In this document: in pieces, positions 10,262-17,509 of the stretch
How the letters are laid out: every line of letters begins with the position of its first letter
Numbering within the stretch: position 1 is the stretch's first letter
Assembly (NCBI GenBank): GCA_041659325.1
Contig: JBAZYN010000003.1
Span: 71,296-135,295 of the forward strand
Length of the DNA: 64,000 bases
Source: Candidatus Shapirobacteria bacterium
GTDB lineage: Bacteria > Patescibacteriota > Microgenomatia > UBA12405
Direction of reading: 5' to 3'
Notes under the pieces: generated by a model
Databases searched by the model: none
The model's input: the letters and a program-made list of their open reading frames with translations, nothing else
Told to the model about the DNA's origin: nothing
Translations under genes and position numbers: made by a program

Positions 10262-10421
10262 TAAATCCACCCCTATCCCCTCCTTTGAAGAAAGGAGGGG
10301 CACTACTCGTCATTGTGAATGAATAGAGGGAATGTGACGATCTCGTGTTTCTTGCCGTAAACCATGCCTGCCGGCAGGCAGGGATTGCCACTCCGCCAGT
10401 TGGCGGATCGCAATGACGGGG
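10262..10421. repeat. Rep135 composite element, copy 1 (carries an extra ccctgcctgccggcaggcaggg module)
   Basis: aaatccacccctatcccctcctttgaagaaaggaggggcactactc...gattgccactccgccagttggcggatcgcaatgacgg; other copies at 34454, 46075 and 49861, plus a partial at 30056. Confidence 0.85.
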
Positions 10422-10472
10422 TATGGAAGAAGTACTGGCTGAAAGGGCGAGTTTGACTTATACTTTGTAAGT

Positions 10473-10826
10473 ATGGCAGAAAATAAAGAAAGACTGGGGG
10501 TAGGTGAAATCGGCGGGAAGCAAGAGACGAGAATGGTGGACGTGGAGACAGCGGCCAGAGCACCATTGCCACGGGAAGTGGAATCGTGGATGGAAAAGGT
10601 GGAAAAAGACCAGACGGTGCAGAAAATTGTGAATGATGACAGGACAGGACAACCGGTGATGACACCGACAGCACCGACGGATCCGGTGATTCAACTACCG
10701 ATAACGAGAGGTACTTTTGCGGCAGGCTTTGGCAAGGCAATAAGCGATGCCGGAAGGTGGCTATCGGTTTTTATTTTCAGAGTGATTAAAATTAAGAAAG
10801 GAAAAGTTAAATTTAAAGACGAATGA
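10473..10826 (+). CDS. hypothetical small protein upstream of, and overlapping, the VirB4-like ATPase
   Basis: 117 aa, hydrophilic with a hydrophobic C-terminal tail; 4-nt overlap with the next start (ATGA). Confidence 0.5.
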   Translation: MAENKERLGVGEIGGKQETRMVDVETAARAPLPREVESWMEKVEKDQTVQKIVNDDRTGQPVMTPTAPTDPVIQLPITRGTFAAGFGKAISDAGRWLSVFIFRVIKIKKGKVKFKDE

Positions 10827-13156
10827 ACCCGGAAACTATTATCAGCCTGGTGACATCAATAATTGTATTTGCATTTATCGGGACGTTGGTGATCCTGCTT
10901 TTGGGATTTTTGGGGTATTTGCTGGTTTTAAGGTATAGATGGAGAGACAGAGAAGCCAAATCACTTGGGATGGTGACGCTGATGGTAGCAGTACCACAGG
11001 ATAATGAGATAAAAATTGATGCCATGGAGCAGATAATTAGCTCGTTTTCGACCATGTACAAAAGCGCCAAGTTTAAATTTTTGCAAACCTATGTAGCCCA
11101 ACCCAATTTATCGCTAGAGATTGTGGGAACGGCGCAAGACATTAGGTTTTATATTTGCACACCGAAAAAACTTCAGGATTTGGTGGAAAAACAGGTTTAT
11201 AGTGTTTATGCCGGGGCTGACGTAAGACAAGTGGATGAGCCAAATATATTTACTGAGGATGGGAAAGTGGAATATGTATGGTTGGCACTAAAAAAGCTGC
11301 CGCATTACCCTTTGAAAACATATAAGGAAATTCCGACTGACCCAATGGCGGCTGTAACTTCGGCTTTGTCAAAACTAAGTACCGGGGAAACGGTGGCGAT
11401 ACAATTGGTACTTTCGCCGACTGACGGCAGTTGGGCAAAGGCGGGGAGAAGCTTTATCAGCAGTACTAAAAAGTCGGAGGCAAACCCGGAGAAGGCCTCG
11501 TATAAAGTGGATGCAAGACAACTGGAGGCGGTGGAGAATAAGGCGGGAAGACAGGGCTTTGAAACGGTAATAAGGATAGTGTCGTGTGCCCCGAGCAGCG
11601 AGGTTGCGAAATTAAATATTTCGAATATTAAGGCATGCTTTGGCCAATTTGAATCACCGTGGAATAAACTGTCGTCTAAAAAAATGTATCTTAAGTCATT
11701 TTTTGTGGATGATTTTATCTATAAATATCCGGTGGTGTATTGGTTTAAAAACAAGACCATATTGTCGACAGATGAGATTGCATCGATTTTTCATTTTCCC
11801 AACAAATCTATTGAAACACCAAATATTTACTGGCTGAAAGCAAAAAAGGCACCGGCGCCGAATGAGGCTGTGCAGGAGGGGCTGTATATAGGCGACAACG
11901 TGTATCGAGGGATAACTAAAAAAGTGTGTATGACAGCATCGGACCGGCAAAGGCATTTTTATATCGTGGGACAAACAGGGGTGGGTAAATCGTGGCTTTT
12001 GGCAGACATGGCGCTACAAGATATTAAAGCCGGGAAGGGGGTGTGCTTTATTGATCCGCATGATACGTTTGAAAGCATATTGGAGAGGATTCCACCGGAG
12101 CGGGTGGAGGATGTGATTTATTTTGACCCGTCGATGGTGAACCGGCCGATGGGCTTTAATGTGATGGAATGTGAGAGAGAGGACCAGAAAGATTTTGTGA
12201 CTAGCTCGATTATTAACCTAATGTATAAACTGTATGATCCTTATAAAACCGGAATTGTGGGACCTAGGTTTGAACATGCAATAAGAAACATTATGTTGAC
12301 GGTGATGGCAGAGCCGGGGGCGACATTTATCGAGATTGTCCGGTGTCTGACCGATCCGACTTATGTGCAGGCAATGCTACCAAAGGTGAACGACCCGATG
12401 GTAAAAAGATATTGGACTGATCAAATCGCCCAAACTTCGGATTTTCATAAATCGGAGGTGTTGGACTATATCGTGTCAAAATTCGGCCGATTTATTACCA
12501 ACACGATGATGAGAAATATTATCGGGCAGTCGACGTCGTCGTTTAACTTTAGAAAAGCCATGGATGAGGGGAAAATATTGATTATTAATTTGGCCAAAGG
12601 GACAATTGGCGAGGAAAATTCGGCCTTTTTGGGATTGGTTTTAATCCCCAAAATTTTGATTGCGGCCATGAGCCGGCAGGATACGCCAGAGGCGAACCGG
12701 AAGGATTTTTATTTGTATGTGGATGAGTTTCAAAATTTTGCCACCCAGGATTTTGCCGTAATTTTGTCAGAAGCCAGAAAATACCACCTTAACTTGATCG
12801 TGGCCAACCAATTTATTTCACAGATGGATGATGAGGTAAAAAATGCCGTTTTCGGAAACGTAGGTACAATTTCGACTTTTAGGGTGGGAGTGGCCGATGC
12901 AGGGTTCTTGGTGCGGCAGTTTCAGCCGGAATTTAACGAACATGACCTTTTGAACCTGGGAACGGGAGAAATTTATATGAAGACAATGCTTAACGGTGTC
13001 CCCCAGTCACCATTCTCGGTGCGGGTGGCGGCGGTGGAAAAGAAAAAACCGGGGAACCCGAAACTGGCGGAGATGATAAAGCAGCTGTCGTCGATGAAAT
13101 ACGGCAGACCGAGAGAGATTGTGGAAGCGGAAATTGCCAAGAGAGCGAGATTCTAG
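10823..13156 (+). CDS. VirB4/VirD4-superfamily (T4SS/conjugation-type, AAA_10/DUF87-like) P-loop ATPase with an N-terminal TM helix
   Basis: Walker A GQTGVGKS near aa 385, Walker B FYLYVDEFQNF near aa 630, N-terminal TM; this architecture and motif spacing resemble VirB4/TrbE. Confidence 0.6.
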   Translation: MNPETIISLVTSIIVFAFIGTLVILLLGFLGYLLVLRYRWRDREAKSLGMVTLMVAVPQDNEIKIDAMEQIISSFSTMYKSAKFKFLQTYVAQPNLSLEIVGTAQDIRFYICTPKKLQDLVEKQVYSVYAGADVRQVDEPNIFTEDGKVEYVWLALKKLPHYPLKTYKEIPTDPMAAVTSALSKLSTGETVAIQLVLSPTDGSWAKAGRSFISSTKKSEANPEKASYKVDARQLEAVENKAGRQGFETVIRIVSCAPSSEVAKLNISNIKACFGQFESPWNKLSSKKMYLKSFFVDDFIYKYPVVYWFKNKTILSTDEIASIFHFPNKSIETPNIYWLKAKKAPAPNEAVQEGLYIGDNVYRGITKKVCMTASDRQRHFYIVGQTGVGKSWLLADMALQDIKAGKGVCFIDPHDTFESILERIPPERVEDVIYFDPSMVNRPMGFNVMECEREDQKDFVTSSIINLMYKLYDPYKTGIVGPRFEHAIRNIMLTVMAEPGATFIEIVRCLTDPTYVQAMLPKVNDPMVKRYWTDQIAQTSDFHKSEVLDYIVSKFGRFITNTMMRNIIGQSTSSFNFRKAMDEGKILIINLAKGTIGEENSAFLGLVLIPKILIAAMSRQDTPEANRKDFYLYVDEFQNFATQDFAVILSEARKYHLNLIVANQFISQMDDEVKNAVFGNVGTISTFRVGVADAGFLVRQFQPEFNEHDLLNLGTGEIYMKTMLNGVPQSPFSVRVAAVEKKKPGNPKLAEMIKQLSSMKYGRPREIVEAEIAKRARF

Positions 13157-13291
13157 GAAAAAACCCTTCCGTCCCGACTAAAGTCGGGACACCTTCCCTT
13201 GACAGAGCAGGCTAATACAAATTTATAATTCCTTAAGGCGGATGCCTTGCAATTTTTCTTTGGCTTCGATAAGCGGAAAATTTTTTCCTGA
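13157..13291. repeat. 135-bp insert flanked by an 18-bp direct repeat of the VirB4-like gene terminus (caagagagcgagattcta at 13138-13155 and 13292-13309)
   Basis: Contains hairpin gtcccgactaaagtcgggac and a ~60-bp segment (13215-13282) about 80% identical to the 3' end of the recombinase gene at 14182-14245. Confidence 0.75.
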
Positions 13292-13347
13292 CAAGAGAGC
13301 GAGATTCTAAGGGGGAATTTAAGAATTTTATTCGCCTACCCTATTTA

Positions 13348-13734
13348 CTAGGATTTTGGCCTTGAGTCGGAGAGACTTTGGGAATCAGGGTTTGTAATAT
13401 CTCGTGAAAAGACCTTAACTCTTCCCGAAATTAAACGGGCAATGCACTTGGATGGTTGTCCTTTTGTGTTTAAAAGGTAGAGATCGACTCTTTCTGGAGC
13501 TAACCGTGTGGCAGCGAAAGTGCCCGGGTGGTTCACTGCATACTGCTCGGCCATATTTGTCAGACCACTATTTGCAACCGAGCAAATTGTGCCGGGATCG
13601 GCGCCCCGATTGGCGATACCGCACATACCAATGTTAAACCCGCCTGGAATCCGATAACATGGATTCCCCGGATAAAAACAATAGGTATACAGTAATTGCA
13701 TTGGTGGAGTAACTTTTCTTTCTGGATCAGCCAT
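13348..13734 (-). CDS. Cys-rich small protein, paralog 1
   Basis: GMCGIANRGADPGTICSVANSGLTNMAEQY aligns to GLCGVSTPQDKGRTFCGRAENGLTTMANSY of the neighbouring ORF. Confidence 0.6.
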   Translation of the reverse strand: MADPERKVTPPMQLLYTYCFYPGNPCYRIPGGFNIGMCGIANRGADPGTICSVANSGLTNMAEQYAVNHPGTFAATRLAPERVDLYLLNTKGQPSKCIARLISGRVKVFSRDITNPDSQSLSDSRPKS

Positions 13735-13785
13735 ATTTTTATTTTATTTTTAAATTTATTATTCTTTTAATTTAATGTGGATGGA

Positions 13786-14163
13786 TTACCGGGTGATTTC
13801 TGGTATCGGAATCTGTTCTTTATTGTTGATGACTCTGCCTGAACGCAGTGTGGCTAACGTAGTAACTCGGTCATGACCAGCGACGGTACAAAGATCGACT
13901 TCTGTATCGTTTACGACAAATGCCGCTACGGGGAGAAGACCTAAATCTTGTCTGTGTGCGGCAAGGTAACTATTGGCCATTGTCGTTAGGCCATTTTCTG
14001 CACGGCCACAGAATGTCCTGCCCTTATCTTGGGGTGTGGAAACACCACATAGACCAATATCTTTATCTCTAAGACAGGCTGTCAATTTAAAACAAGCAGG
14101 AGTTGCTAAAATAACCGTTTTAGTTTGGTCGCCCGTTTTTGCTTCTGGTGAACCATTGGGCAT
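13786..14163 (-). CDS. Cys-rich small protein, paralog 2 (start codon 18 nt after the recombinase stop)
   Basis: Paralogous to 13348-13734; co-transcribed with the recombinase. Confidence 0.6.
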   Translation of the reverse strand: MPNGSPEAKTGDQTKTVILATPACFKLTACLRDKDIGLCGVSTPQDKGRTFCGRAENGLTTMANSYLAAHRQDLGLLPVAAFVVNDTEVDLCTVAGHDRVTTLATLRSGRVINNKEQIPIPEITR

Positions 14164-14181
14164 ATATTTTATTAATAAAAT

Positions 14182-15051
14182 TTATAATTCTTTTAATTTG
14201 ATGCCTTTGGATTCTTCTTTGGCTTCGATAAGCTCCATGTATTTTTCGGTGGTGGAAATGCGCTTGTGACCGACAATTTGGGAAACTACGTCGATGGGAA
14301 CGCCGGATTTTAATTGAAAAGCAATAAAAGTGTTTCGCAAGTCATTGACTTTGATACCCTTGATGTCGGCCTTGTTGAAATAGCGATTTAATAAACTTCT
14401 GATGTTACGGGCTAGAAGGTGACGGCCGGTTTTGGTAACAAAAACGCTTTTGGATTTGCTGTTGTAACGACCTTCATCGAGATATCTTTTTAGAGCTGAT
14501 TTGGCGGAATTGTTTAGAGGAACAGTGCGGACACTGTGACTTTCGTATGAGTCGATGATAATTTCATTGTCTTTGATGTTTTCCAACTTTAGATTTTCGA
14601 TTTCTTTGATCCTTAGACCGGCTTGAAGCATCAGCTCGACAATGGCGGTGGACCGGGCATCATTTCGGCAGGCGTCGCGCAGAGACCGGTATTCAATTGG
14701 TTTTAAAATTTTGGGGACATCATTTTCGTACTTGGGATGTTTTATTTCGGTGGAAGGATCGACAGAGATGAGGCCTTCATTTTTTAAAAAGGAAAAGAAA
14801 TTTTTGATGGAGTTTAGTTTTCGACTGACTGACTTGGCGGTATAGCCGTTTTTCATTAAATCTTTTTTGAAGTTGTCAATATCGGTGCCACGAACGGCAT
14901 CAACTCCGGTGATTTTTGACTGGGCCTTTAAAAAGTGGATCAGCTGATTAATATCACCTTTGTAGGCTACAATGGTGTTTGTGGACTTACCTTTTGTTAA
15001 AAGAGATTTGGTAAAAAGATCCAAGGTGGATTCAAGGGATAGATCGGGCAT
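14182..15051 (-). CDS. tyrosine site-specific recombinase, XerC/XerD-like
   Basis: C-terminal catalytic signature HSVRTVPL...LRNTFIAFQLKSGVPIDVVSQIVGHKRISTTEKYMEL (R..HxxR..Y); 289 aa. Confidence 0.85.
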   Translation of the reverse strand: MPDLSLESTLDLFTKSLLTKGKSTNTIVAYKGDINQLIHFLKAQSKITGVDAVRGTDIDNFKKDLMKNGYTAKSVSRKLNSIKNFFSFLKNEGLISVDPSTEIKHPKYENDVPKILKPIEYRSLRDACRNDARSTAIVELMLQAGLRIKEIENLKLENIKDNEIIIDSYESHSVRTVPLNNSAKSALKRYLDEGRYNSKSKSVFVTKTGRHLLARNIRSLLNRYFNKADIKGIKVNDLRNTFIAFQLKSGVPIDVVSQIVGHKRISTTEKYMELIEAKEESKGIKLKEL

Positions 15052-15123
15052 GTTGTTTATAATAGTTTACAAATAATGACTTATAGTACCATTATTAGGG
15101 ATAATATACAATATATGTAACCG

Positions 15124-15429
15124 ATGAAATTAATAAGTAATATTTTATTTGGCCTGGGACTGGGGATAATGATAATCTTGAGTCTGGGCAACGTGTGGAG
15201 ACAATATTCCCTTTTGAGGGAGGCAGGGAAAGAAAATAAGGCGCTGGAGGATAAGGTAAGTAGTTTGCAGGATGAAAATAGAAAACTTTTGAGAACTATT
15301 GATTATGCTACCAGTAGCGCTTTTATGGAGAGACAAGCAAGGATACTACTGGGAGTGGGAACCAGTAGGGATTTTTGGATAAAAGGCCTTAAGGAGAAGA
15401 AATACACTGATGAGTTTTTGACTAGATAA
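15124..15429 (+). CDS. septum formation initiator (FtsB/DivIC family)
   Basis: N-terminal TM, coiled coil LEDKVSSLQDENRKLLRTI, MERQARILLG motif. Confidence 0.6.
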   Translation: MKLISNILFGLGLGIMIILSLGNVWRQYSLLREAGKENKALEDKVSSLQDENRKLLRTIDYATSSAFMERQARILLGVGTSRDFWIKGLKEKKYTDEFLTR

Positions 15430-15472
15430 TGCCGATTTTATGTGCTAGAATCCAACAGTCGAATCAGCAACA

Positions 15473-15542
15473 TGCGGGGTAGTGTACGGCTGCACGTGAG
15501 GCTCATAATCTCACAGGCCGGGTTCAACTCCCGGCCCCGCAA
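15473..15542 (+). tRNA. tRNA-Met (CAU), initiator-like
   Basis: tgcgggg...ggctcataatctcac...ggttcaactcccggccccgca; closely resembles E. coli tRNAfMet (CGCGGGG...GGGCTCATAACCC...GGTTCAAATCCGGCCCCCGCAACCA); CCA not encoded. Confidence 0.75.
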
Positions 15543-15610
15543 CATTTCACTTGGTAATCGGTAACCAGTAATTGGTAATTGGTAATAAGAAAATGTATCG
15601 GTTTTACTTG

Positions 15611-15639
15611 TTGACAGAAGCGAAAGGCGAAGTTAGAAT
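15611..15639 (+). promoter_or_regulatory. Sigma-70-type promoter (TTGACA, 17 nt, TAGAAT)
   Basis: ttgaca at 15611-15616, 17-nt spacer, tagaat at 15634-15639. Confidence 0.5.
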
Positions 15640-15645
15640 GACTAG

Positions 15646-15716
15646 CGATCTTGGAAACGAGATTTTGCACCCAAATTTTGAAATAGAAAGGTCCTCATTA
15701 ACCTGAGGACTTTTTT
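15646..15716 (+). ncRNA. Candidate small RNA (~70 nt) bounded by a consensus promoter and an intrinsic terminator
   Basis: Predicted TSS ~7 nt after the -10; ends with hairpin gtcctca-ttaacc-tgaggac followed by TTTTTT; no ORF. Confidence 0.35.
15689..15716 (+). terminator. Rho-independent terminator
   Basis: 7-bp GC-containing stem, 6-nt loop, T6 tract. Confidence 0.6.
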
Positions 15717-15719
15717 ATT

Positions 15720-16040
15720 GGAAAATCAAAACCCACTTTTAAATAAAACCCTAACCCTACCCTTTCCCCCACCAAAGGCGGGCAGGCTTGACAGGGCAAG
15801 GGGGAATAAAAATCCAAATCCCTCTTTAATTCTCCCTTTGACCCACCTGCCGGACGAGCTGGTCTTCCTTTGGCCCTCCTACGCCACCGACTTCGCCAAA
15901 GCTACGGCGGGCAAGCAAGGGAGAATTATAAAAATAAAAGAAACTCGATATATTTGGTATAATCACCCTAGTTTTTGGCTCGCCTACGGTAAACCTACGG
16001 CGGGCGAGGCCCTCCCCGTAAGGCTACGGAAGGGCTGGAA
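15720..16040. repeat. Mosaic repeat block upstream of the tRNAs
   Basis: Modules cccttgacagggcaaggg, aaatccctctttaattctccctttgac, cctacgccaccgacttcgccaaagctacggcgggcaag (compare 1-110); includes a TGgTATAAT extended -10 at 15955-15963. Confidence 0.75.
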
Positions 16041-16043
16041 TAT

Positions 16044-16117
16044 GGCAGGGTAGCTCAGCTGGTTAGAGCGTAGCATTCATAACGCTAAGGTCGCGGGTCC
16101 GAGCCCCGCCCCTGCTA
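16044..16117 (+). tRNA. tRNA(CAU), elongator Met or Ile2 (lysidine)
   Basis: ggcagggtagctcagctggttagagc-gtagcattcataacgcta-aggtc-gcgggtccgagccccgc-ccctgct-a; Ile-like backbone. Confidence 0.8.
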
Positions 16118-16202
16118 CAAACAAAACCCACCCGCCCTTCGACAAGCTCAGGGCACCCTCCCTTGAAAAAGGAGGGAAAAGAGGAAAGTTAAAAATTAAT
16201 TA

Positions 16203-16276
16203 GGGCATGTAGCTCAGTTGGTTAGAGCATCGATCTTATAAGTCGAGGGTCCATGGTCCGAGTCCATGCATGCCCA
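16203..16276 (+). tRNA. tRNA-Ile (UAU)
   Basis: gggcatgtagctcagttggttagagc-a-tcgat-cttataa-gtcga-gggtc-catgg-tccgagt-ccatg-catgccc-a; 7-nt anticodon loop cTTATAAa gives anticodon TAT. Confidence 0.65.
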
Positions 16277-16322
16277 CAGTGGGTGGAAAACCTAAATTAA
16301 TTTTTATTTATTTTTCCAAAAT

Positions 16323-16835
16323 ATGGGCGAAAGAGAGATTAAAAAAGAAGGGGTGTTGACAGTAAGTGACGTGATGGTGATTACGAAGACAATGCGAGAT
16401 TTGTGCCCTTTAGCCGAAATGGTGTTCAGATCAGGATTGGACGGAGTTGTTTTAGGGAAAGCTCAATACAACACCACTTCACGGAGCGATTTCCAGGTAG
16501 TAGCCACGGCCGGGAACACTGGGGATATGTGGTATCCGGATCTGGCTGAAGTGAGCGAGAGAAGGCCCTTTGCAGTAGCAAACAGGGCCGACGGGAAGGT
16601 GGCGATTGGAATATTGACCAGATATACCGACCAATTTGGTCGAGTTGTACCATTACATGTGATTTTGAGAGAAATCGCAATTTCGGGTCCGAAAGAGGCC
16701 TATGGATTGATGACGAGATTATTTCCGAATTTAAGCTTTGAAGAAACAGGAGAAGAGTTAACCTATTCGGATATGCAAGGTTATGCGGAAAAAAATATTG
16801 TGCCGTGTTTTCCATTGCCATTTCCTAAAAGATAA
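16323..16835 (+). CDS. hypothetical protein
   Basis: 170-aa ORF; no motif recognised. Confidence 0.45.
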   Translation: MGEREIKKEGVLTVSDVMVITKTMRDLCPLAEMVFRSGLDGVVLGKAQYNTTSRSDFQVVATAGNTGDMWYPDLAEVSERRPFAVANRADGKVAIGILTRYTDQFGRVVPLHVILREIAISGPKEAYGLMTRLFPNLSFEETGEELTYSDMQGYAEKNIVPCFPLPFPKR

Positions 16836-16883
16836 TTTGAGGATTGACCGTTAGTGAGGGGTTAAAAAGAAGTATACTGGTGT

Positions 16884-17507
16884 ATGCAATATGACAAAAA
16901 AATAGGGTTGGTGATTTTGATATTGGTCTTGGTAGCGGCGGGCTTGATTATTACGAAAATTGATCCCAGAACGGGAGAGAAGACACAACCACCATTGACG
17001 GAAGTGACTCCCCTGCCGGAAGTACCGCCAAAAGGAGATAATTTGGTATTTGAAAACAGTGACTTGGGAATTAAACTTGGCTACCCCGAGAATTTCTCGC
17101 CGGTGGAATGCATACTTGAAGATGATGTGATATGTTTGGACGAAACGGCAAAAAGTAGCCGATTGTCAACTAAACCGGATATAAGGCTGTATAGAATTAG
17201 ACTGGAGAATACGGGAGATTATAAACAAGTAATGATGGGTGATGTAATATTTGACGCAAGTGGGCTAAGCCCGGAAAGTTTTGAGGAATTTGTACCGATA
17301 GTGGCGGGGGGGAATTCGTTTTATAAGATTAAAACGGGGTTGTTTGAGGGGATTTTGACGTATAAGTATTTTCTAGTGAGAAACAGCGATATTTTGGTGT
17401 TTGAGGTGACTTCCAGCCCGGCGGGATGGACAGAGGAGGGATATGATCCGGAAAAAGATGAGCTGAATAGACAGTTTTTGGAAATGACGGGAAGTATGGA
17501 GCTCTAG
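16884..17507 (+). CDS. hypothetical membrane-anchored protein
   Basis: N-terminal TM (IGLVILILVLVAAGLIIT), then a Pro-rich and soluble domain. Confidence 0.5.
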   Translation: MQYDKKIGLVILILVLVAAGLIITKIDPRTGEKTQPPLTEVTPLPEVPPKGDNLVFENSDLGIKLGYPENFSPVECILEDDVICLDETAKSSRLSTKPDIRLYRIRLENTGDYKQVMMGDVIFDASGLSPESFEEFVPIVAGGNSFYKIKTGLFEGILTYKYFLVRNSDILVFEVTSSPAGWTEEGYDPEKDELNRQFLEMTGSMEL

Positions 17508-17509
17508 AA

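Noticed and set aside
13157-15051. Integron (intI plus attC-bearing cassettes)
   Set aside because: The recombinase is co-directional and translationally close to the small genes, with no divergent attI/Pc arrangement. The repeated sequence is the recombinase's own 3' end, which is explained more simply by tandem duplication or att-site copies.
15718-16053. 111-aa ORF 15718-16053 and similar ORFs (10303-10740, 29837-30251, 34204-34606, 46012-46474, 49865-50255)
   Set aside because: Each is a translation of intergenic repeat blocks or of the tmRNA and carries repeat-encoded peptides such as PLPSPL/KGGDRGRF. They are not genes.
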